A program made the position numbers and the translations under genes. A DNA stretch of 41,731 nt, from contig CBDDEL010000006.1 of the NCBI GenBank assembly GCA_965226885.1, positions 1-41,731 on the forward strand, in the 5' to 3' direction. Shown here one piece after another: positions 36,674 through 41,731 of this stretch; the stretch's first letter is position 1; each line of letters opens with the position of its first letter. This DNA is from Opitutales bacterium (GTDB lineage Bacteria; Verrucomicrobiota; Verrucomicrobiia; Opitutales; UBA2987). The notes beneath the pieces are model-generated. The model was not told the origin of the DNA and did no database searches. It saw nothing but the letters and a program-made list of their open reading frames with translations.

Positions 36674-36710
36674 AAAAAGACGCCCGGATAGTAAAACCGG
36701 ACGTCTCTTT
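36674..36710 (-). terminator. Intrinsic terminator of the EF-hand gene
   Basis: Minus strand AGACGTCCGG-N9-CCGGGCGTCT followed by TTTTGTTT; the one mismatch is a G-U pair on this strand. Confidence 0.7.
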
Positions 36711-36772
36711 CGCTAGATGGGTATCAAGCTTGTAAATCTATTTTTTAATGATTCGCAACGGAGGGGTGGCTA

Positions 36773-37468
36773 TTATTTAACATCCGACTTCTGGTCTCCT
36801 CCCTTGCGGGTACGCGATGCCCGTGCGGCTTTTCTTTCCTCTTCGGATAATTTACCGTCCCCATCGGTGTCGAAACGGGAAATCATTTCTGACCGGCGTT
36901 TTTCCCCGGCAGCCTTGGCGGCGGCTTTCTCCTCGTCGGAAATAACGCCGTCCCCATCGGTGTCAAAGCGTTTTATGCGCTGTTGATTCCTGCGGGAGGC
37001 CCGGTCTGCATTGTCCCCTGGCCTTTTAAATTCTCCGCCTTGCCCTCGGGCCGCGGTTCTTTCTTCCTGGGAGAGCTTCCCGTCGCCATCGGTGTCGAAT
37101 TTCTCCAATCGCTCCGCCATGAATTGTTTCCGGCGCTCCTGAAAGAAGCTGTGCGCTTCTTCTTTTTCCTCCTCGGAAAGGGTCCCGTCGCCATCGGCGT
37201 CAAATTTTTCCAGCATGCCGTCGCGGCCCATACCAGGACCCCTTTTGCCAGGCCCACCGGCCCCAAAACGTTCCCGCAGGTGAGCGCGGACGTTTTCTTT
37301 TTCCTCCTCGGAAATAATTCCGTCGCCGTCCGTATCGAATTTTTCCTTAAAACGCTCAGAACCGGGCGGATAGTCTTTCTCTGCCAGGACCGGAGACTGA
37401 AAGCCGCTCCAAAGAGTCACTGCGGCAACGATTAAAAACAAGTTCAAGAGTTGAATTTGGTATTTCAT
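36773..37468 (-). CDS. Secreted EF-hand repeat protein (five FDxDGDGxI/LSxEE loops)
   Basis: Signal peptide ending VLA-E; five canonical 12-residue Ca-binding loops separated by charged helices. Confidence 0.88.
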   Translation of the reverse strand: MKYQIQLLNLFLIVAAVTLWSGFQSPVLAEKDYPPGSERFKEKFDTDGDGIISEEEKENVRAHLRERFGAGGPGKRGPGMGRDGMLEKFDADGDGTLSEEEKEEAHSFFQERRKQFMAERLEKFDTDGDGKLSQEERTAARGQGGEFKRPGDNADRASRRNQQRIKRFDTDGDGVISDEEKAAAKAAGEKRRSEMISRFDTDGDGKLSEEERKAARASRTRKGGDQKSDVK

Positions 37469-37671
37469 AAATGGTTTGATCTCCTTGATATTAGATTGGC
37501 CGGATGTGCCGGCAAAATACGTCCAGTAAAAAACGACTCTTTTTTAAAAGTTGCAGAAGTTCGTTTAATCGGAAAGGATAATCGTTAATTTTCCTCCTTA
37601 ATCCGGTCAACTTCCGCCCGGCGGGGCCCGGCGGGGGGTTTGAAAATCTATTGTTTAATCCATGTACCAAA

Positions 37672-38055
37672 ATGTACCAAATTACCTTCAGCAAGCAAAG
37701 CATGGAAGAGCTGAACAGGTTGAAAATACCTGATCAGATGCAGTTGGTGGAGAGCATCTCGAACCTCTCGCAGCAGCTGCTGGCTCATCCCCGCGAGCCC
37801 CTGGGCAAGTTTCATCGTGAGGGAAAAACTTTTTACCGCCTGCGGGCGGGTGAGTTTCGCCTATATTTCGAGGTCGAGGGCGATTTGATCAACAATCGCT
37901 ACATATTGCATAAAAATACCCTCACAGACTTTATTGTTCGAACCAAACTGCCCCTCTCACAGGAGCAATTGGCGGAACAGCACCATTCGTTCTGGAAATA
38001 CCTGGAAACATTGACCAAGAAGCTGCCTGATGAGCCAGCTTCCAAGAACCAATAA
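37672..38055 (+). CDS. RelE/ParE-fold protein with a C-terminal extension and no adjacent antitoxin
   Basis: YQITFSKQSMEEL...FYRLRAGEFRLYFEV pattern typical of the RelE superfamily. Confidence 0.75.
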   Translation: MYQITFSKQSMEELNRLKIPDQMQLVESISNLSQQLLAHPREPLGKFHREGKTFYRLRAGEFRLYFEVEGDLINNRYILHKNTLTDFIVRTKLPLSQEQLAEQHHSFWKYLETLTKKLPDEPASKNQ

Positions 38056-38061
38056 TAAAAA

Positions 38062-38952
38062 ATGTCTGCTCAGGAAGACCCGATTCCCAATAGCATTGAT
38101 GCGGCTGAAGCCAGTCGCATTTATTTTCTCCCCAGTTTGATGACTGCGGGCAATCTCTTTTGCGGGTATCTGGCTATCATTCGCTGTATTCAGGCAAAAT
38201 ATGCATCGAGCAAAATCCTCGGAAACACGCCCGATGCCATGGTGGCCGCGCTTGAAGCCGAAGCCACCGGATTTTACACACAGGCGGTCTGGCTCATACT
38301 TTTGGCGGTCATATTCGACACTCTGGACGGGCGGCTGGCCCGCCTTGGGGGTAAGGAATCCTTGTTCGGCAAGGAGTTCGATTCTATAGCCGACATCGTT
38401 TCCTTCGGCATGGCGCCTGCCCTGATGGTATTTTTCCTCATCCTCTCCCCGACCGACGCTTTTCCTTATTTTCGGCAGGTAGGATGGTTGATCGGTTTCA
38501 TTTATCTGTTGTGTGCGGCCGTCCGGCTTGGCCGGTTCAACGTTATCACGCACCCCTTGGTGCATGGCGTCAAACCCCGTGAGTCTGAAGACTATCAGGG
38601 CCTACCCGTGCCCGCGGCGGCGGGCATGATCGCCTCAATCGTGCTCGTCCTCAATCATTACGACCTCAGGGTGTGGTCCTTTTTTCTGCCCATTTTACTC
38701 CTGTTGGTGGCCTTTCTCATGATCAGCACGGTTCCTTATCCAGCCTTTAAAGATATCGGGTGGGATACAAGAACGCCCTTCCGAAGTTTCATTTACCTAT
38801 TTGCCGGGCTGGGCTTGATATTTCTCTACCATAATTTCACGTTTGCAATTATTGCCTTGGTTTACATATTTTATGGCCTATTCAGGCACTTTGGTAAAAA
38901 TAGGTCGAAATTTTTGAAAAAATGGTTCCGTTCGGGTTCGAGACCTTCCTGA
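38062..38952 (+). CDS. pssA: CDP-diacylglycerol--serine O-phosphatidyltransferase (CDP-alcohol phosphatidyltransferase)
   Basis: LPSLMTAGNLFCG, FDTLDGRLAR...SLFGKEFDSIADIVSFGMAPA, RLGRFN and GLPVPAAA. Confidence 0.9.
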   Translation: MSAQEDPIPNSIDAAEASRIYFLPSLMTAGNLFCGYLAIIRCIQAKYASSKILGNTPDAMVAALEAEATGFYTQAVWLILLAVIFDTLDGRLARLGGKESLFGKEFDSIADIVSFGMAPALMVFFLILSPTDAFPYFRQVGWLIGFIYLLCAAVRLGRFNVITHPLVHGVKPRESEDYQGLPVPAAAGMIASIVLVLNHYDLRVWSFFLPILLLLVAFLMISTVPYPAFKDIGWDTRTPFRSFIYLFAGLGLIFLYHNFTFAIIALVYIFYGLFRHFGKNRSKFLKKWFRSGSRPS

Positions 38953-39216
38953 ACGGCTCTTAGCAACCAATTAACATCCTGTGAATTATACCAGAACAAG
39001 AGGGATTTTATTAGGACAGAGACAAAATCAACAAATTGACGGAAGTTATTTTAACGGAAAATGATTTAGATAAATCGTTCGCGTATAATGATTTGAATGA
39101 CTTGTTTAAATTACTAACAACCTATAATAATACTAGATATTTTATAACTTAAATATATGTATATAGATAAAAGTTGTCAAAAACATTCCAAGGCAGCTAA
39201 ATTCATTCATTGAATC
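38953..39216. other. AT-rich spacer upstream of dnaN; candidate oriC or its unwinding element
   Basis: Degenerate DnaA boxes (TGTGAATTA 38980-38988, TTACTAACA 39111-39119) followed by CC and TAA-TAA-TAC-TAG trio-like repeats and an AT-rich tract. Confidence 0.4.
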
Positions 39217-40344
39217 ATGAAATTTAAAATCAATCGCGATCATTTTACCAGTGGCTTGGCTAGAGTCCTCAATGTTGTCGGTACCCGTGCCACGATGCCG
39301 ATTTTAAGCAATGTTCTCATTGAGGCGGAGGAAGGTTTCATTGCCCTGACCACCACAAATCTGGACCTTGGCATACGCTGCAAAATTAAAGCCGTAATCC
39401 TCGATCCCGGCGGCCTCACTTTGCCCGTGCGCAAACTGGCAACCATTATCCGCGAGCTGCCCAATCTGGACGTGGAACTGGAAACCTCTTCCAGCCATCA
39501 GGCGAAAATAGCCTCCGGCGGGTCCCTTTTCCGAATCATGGGAATTGAAAAAGAGGAATTTCCGTCATTGCCCAGTTTCAGTGACGATCATGTTTACAAC
39601 CTAACCCAATCGGAATTGGCGGAGATGCTACGGTGCGTCTCCTATGCCCAGAGCAGTGATGAAGACCGCTATATAATGAACGGGATTTATTTCAATTTTG
39701 AAGAGGGCGCCCTGACTTTGGCGGCGACCGATGGCCGTCGGTTGGCCGTCATAAAAAAGGACTTGGAAACTACCGAGGAAAAGGGAGGCAGCCTCATCCT
39801 GCCGGCCAAAACGGTGGCCGAACTGGAACGTATTCTGGGTGGCGGTGAAACCGTAAAAATCGCCTTCAGCGACCGGCAGGCGGCCTTCGAGCTGAGTAAC
39901 GGCGAAGATGATAAATCCTCCGGCTTGATCGGCAGCACCTATCTGGTTTCTAAAGTGGTCGAGGGCAAATACCCCAATTATCGGCAGGTGATACCGAAGG
40001 AAACCGAACAGCGCATCAAAATCGAGCGAGAGCTACTCCTTGATTGCGTCCGCCGGGCCGCTCTCGTGACGACCGACCAGAGTAGTTCCATCAAAATGAA
40101 AATCCATAACAACCTGATGGAAATCACCGCCTCCAGCCCCGAGTACGGCCAATCTCATGAAACCCTCGCGGTGCAGTTCGAGGGGCCGGAAATATCGGTT
40201 GCTTTCAACCCCGGATTTCTCGCCGATCCCCTCAAGGCGGTGACCAAGGACGAGATTATCTTCGAATTTAAAGACGAACTAAGCCCTGGCGTAGTCCGCA
40301 CCATGGATAACTTTCTCTGTGTCATCATGCCCCTGCGGCTTTGA
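39217..40344 (+). CDS. dnaN: DNA polymerase III beta sliding clamp
   Basis: [49 protein letters not shown] and terminal VIMPLRL. Confidence 0.98.
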   Translation: MKFKINRDHFTSGLARVLNVVGTRATMPILSNVLIEAEEGFIALTTTNLDLGIRCKIKAVILDPGGLTLPVRKLATIIRELPNLDVELETSSSHQAKIASGGSLFRIMGIEKEEFPSLPSFSDDHVYNLTQSELAEMLRCVSYAQSSDEDRYIMNGIYFNFEEGALTLAATDGRRLAVIKKDLETTEEKGGSLILPAKTVAELERILGGGETVKIAFSDRQAAFELSNGEDDKSSGLIGSTYLVSKVVEGKYPNYRQVIPKETEQRIKIERELLLDCVRRAALVTTDQSSSIKMKIHNNLMEITASSPEYGQSHETLAVQFEGPEISVAFNPGFLADPLKAVTKDEIIFEFKDELSPGVVRTMDNFLCVIMPLRL

Positions 40345-40423
40345 CCCAAGGGCGCCATCAAAAATAAACATCCCGATTTTTAAAATAATTGAATTTGAAG
40401 GGATTAAGGGAACTTGTGCTTGA

Positions 40424-41314
40424 ATGAATGAAAATTCACATTACCTGATGCAGCAAATATTGTTGTTTTCCCTGGTGGTTTGTTTTCTCTTTTACCAGGA
40501 TCGCCTATCCGTCTCGCCCATTGTAGCCATCTTTAACCGCTGGGTGCGATGGCTAACGATATCCTTCGGGTTGGCTCATATCATCCATATCTGGGGTGTC
40601 AGCGGGCGGCCATTCTGGATTTTGGCGGTTTGCAGTTTCCTCGGCTGGTTCCTCCTCGAAACCATTTACAATTGGTTGGCCATAGCGGCTTTAAGCAAAA
40701 GCCCGGTTCCCCTCTTTCCCAAGTTCAGGGTCAATGACTCGGGTGACGAATGGCCGGCCCAGAAACACTTCATCGGGCTGCGCGAATGGCTCCGGGAAGA
40801 GGGTTATCAACGCATCATGGCATTGCGGGCGGAGATTGTTGAATCGGTAATATTGCGCCTTTCGGTTTATCAAAATGCCTATAAAACCATCCGCCTGCAC
40901 ATCATGTTTTTGCCCCATCGCAGTGGCAACGTCTCCGTTTGCCATATTCTCAGTTCCCAGGGACCGGACGGCTATCGGCTCATCACCGATAATTATTTTC
41001 TGCCCTTCGGTGGATTTTACCCCGAGGCTTGGCTCGTAGAACGCAAACCCTGGACGCGCTCGGTCAGTAAATTGTTAGAACGCCATAAACGACGCCTGCA
41101 AACCTCCGACGAAAAAATTCTACCCTGGGAGGACGACCCCCTGATCGAGATGAACGACCAGCAGCGCATCCTCGAGCGCATCAACACGGACCTCGGCTTT
41201 CTATTTCCCCGGCATTTACAGGAAGACCATGGCAAAATCACCTCGCAAGGGCGCTACCGTTTCTGGAAAGAAATCTGGCTCCTCAACTACTTCGGCATCA
41301 CCTTCGTGAGGTGA
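40424..41314 (+). CDS. Hypothetical membrane protein (three N-terminal TM helices plus a soluble domain)
   Basis: 296-aa ORF with a hydrophobic N-terminal third; no family recognised. Confidence 0.75.
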   Translation: MNENSHYLMQQILLFSLVVCFLFYQDRLSVSPIVAIFNRWVRWLTISFGLAHIIHIWGVSGRPFWILAVCSFLGWFLLETIYNWLAIAALSKSPVPLFPKFRVNDSGDEWPAQKHFIGLREWLREEGYQRIMALRAEIVESVILRLSVYQNAYKTIRLHIMFLPHRSGNVSVCHILSSQGPDGYRLITDNYFLPFGGFYPEAWLVERKPWTRSVSKLLERHKRRLQTSDEKILPWEDDPLIEMNDQQRILERINTDLGFLFPRHLQEDHGKITSQGRYRFWKEIWLLNYFGITFVR

Positions 41315-41332
41315 GAGGTGATCTGATAATTA

Positions 41333-41731
41333 TACCAAATCTCATTAGGTATGATAATAAGTTATTTGGCAGAAGCGTTTGCTTGAATGTGCTGCCAGCC
41401 TCCGCCAACTAAAGAGAGGACTTTTTCAGTGTCCTCCCACCAGTCTTTGAGATGGGTTGCGACGACTTCTTCGAGTCGCTCAATGCTCGGCCACAGTTTG
41501 TTGGCCGTTTGATCCTGTATCATATCCCAAAGTCTTTCAATCGGGTTGAGTTCAGGACTATACGGCGGCAAATTCACGATATGTATGCCCGGGGGGACGT
41601 TGGGGTGCTCCGAGTCGTGCGGATGGAAGCCTGCCCCGTCCCATACAACCACATGTTCCTCCTCAGGATATTGCTTTTTGATCTGTTGGAGGAAAGCCTC
41701 CGTCCACTGTAGATTCGTGCTAGCCCGGAAA
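41333..41731 (-). mobile_element. IS630-family element, truncated by the window edge; transposase C-terminus at 41362->41731
   Basis: VVWDGAGFH...LPPYSPELNPIERLW signature; the likely end TA|TACCAAATCTCA at 41331-41344 fits IS630 TA targeting. Confidence 0.85.

Overview
Bacterial chromosomal window that most resembles a Verrucomicrobiota (Opitutia-like) genome; this is inferred from the PEP-CTERM protein, the C-terminal secretion tags and the gene neighbourhoods. It appears to lie near the replication origin: it has mnmE-mnmG with a perfect parS palindrome inside mnmG, recA, addAB, and an orphan dnaN behind an AT-rich oriC-like spacer. Housekeeping genes (trmB, miaB, gmk, pssA, MscS, OsmC, acylphosphatase, macrodomain, HAD, ThuA) flank three notable loci. 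(i) Three adjacent secreted proteins, two of them DNRLRE-like paralogues, each end in a different C-terminal sorting tag. (ii) A translationally coupled operon encodes a nucleoside-phosphorylase-fold protein, an SPL-like radical SAM enzyme and an SDR that has lost its YxxxK motif and carries a basic tail; this is the best candidate for an uncharacterised system. (iii) A mobile-element hot spot at 24.9-36.7 kb has two IS1380 copies (one containing a nested IS1) splitting one TPR/NlpI-like gene into three pieces, followed by a direct-repeat-bounded decayed islet with an IS5/ISNCY-like element and two inactivated sugar-catabolism genes. An IS630 is cut by the right edge. Several genes carry 1-2 bp indels or exact 7-36 bp tandem duplications, so some pseudogene calls may be consensus errors. 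I found no rRNA, tRNA or CRISPR array.
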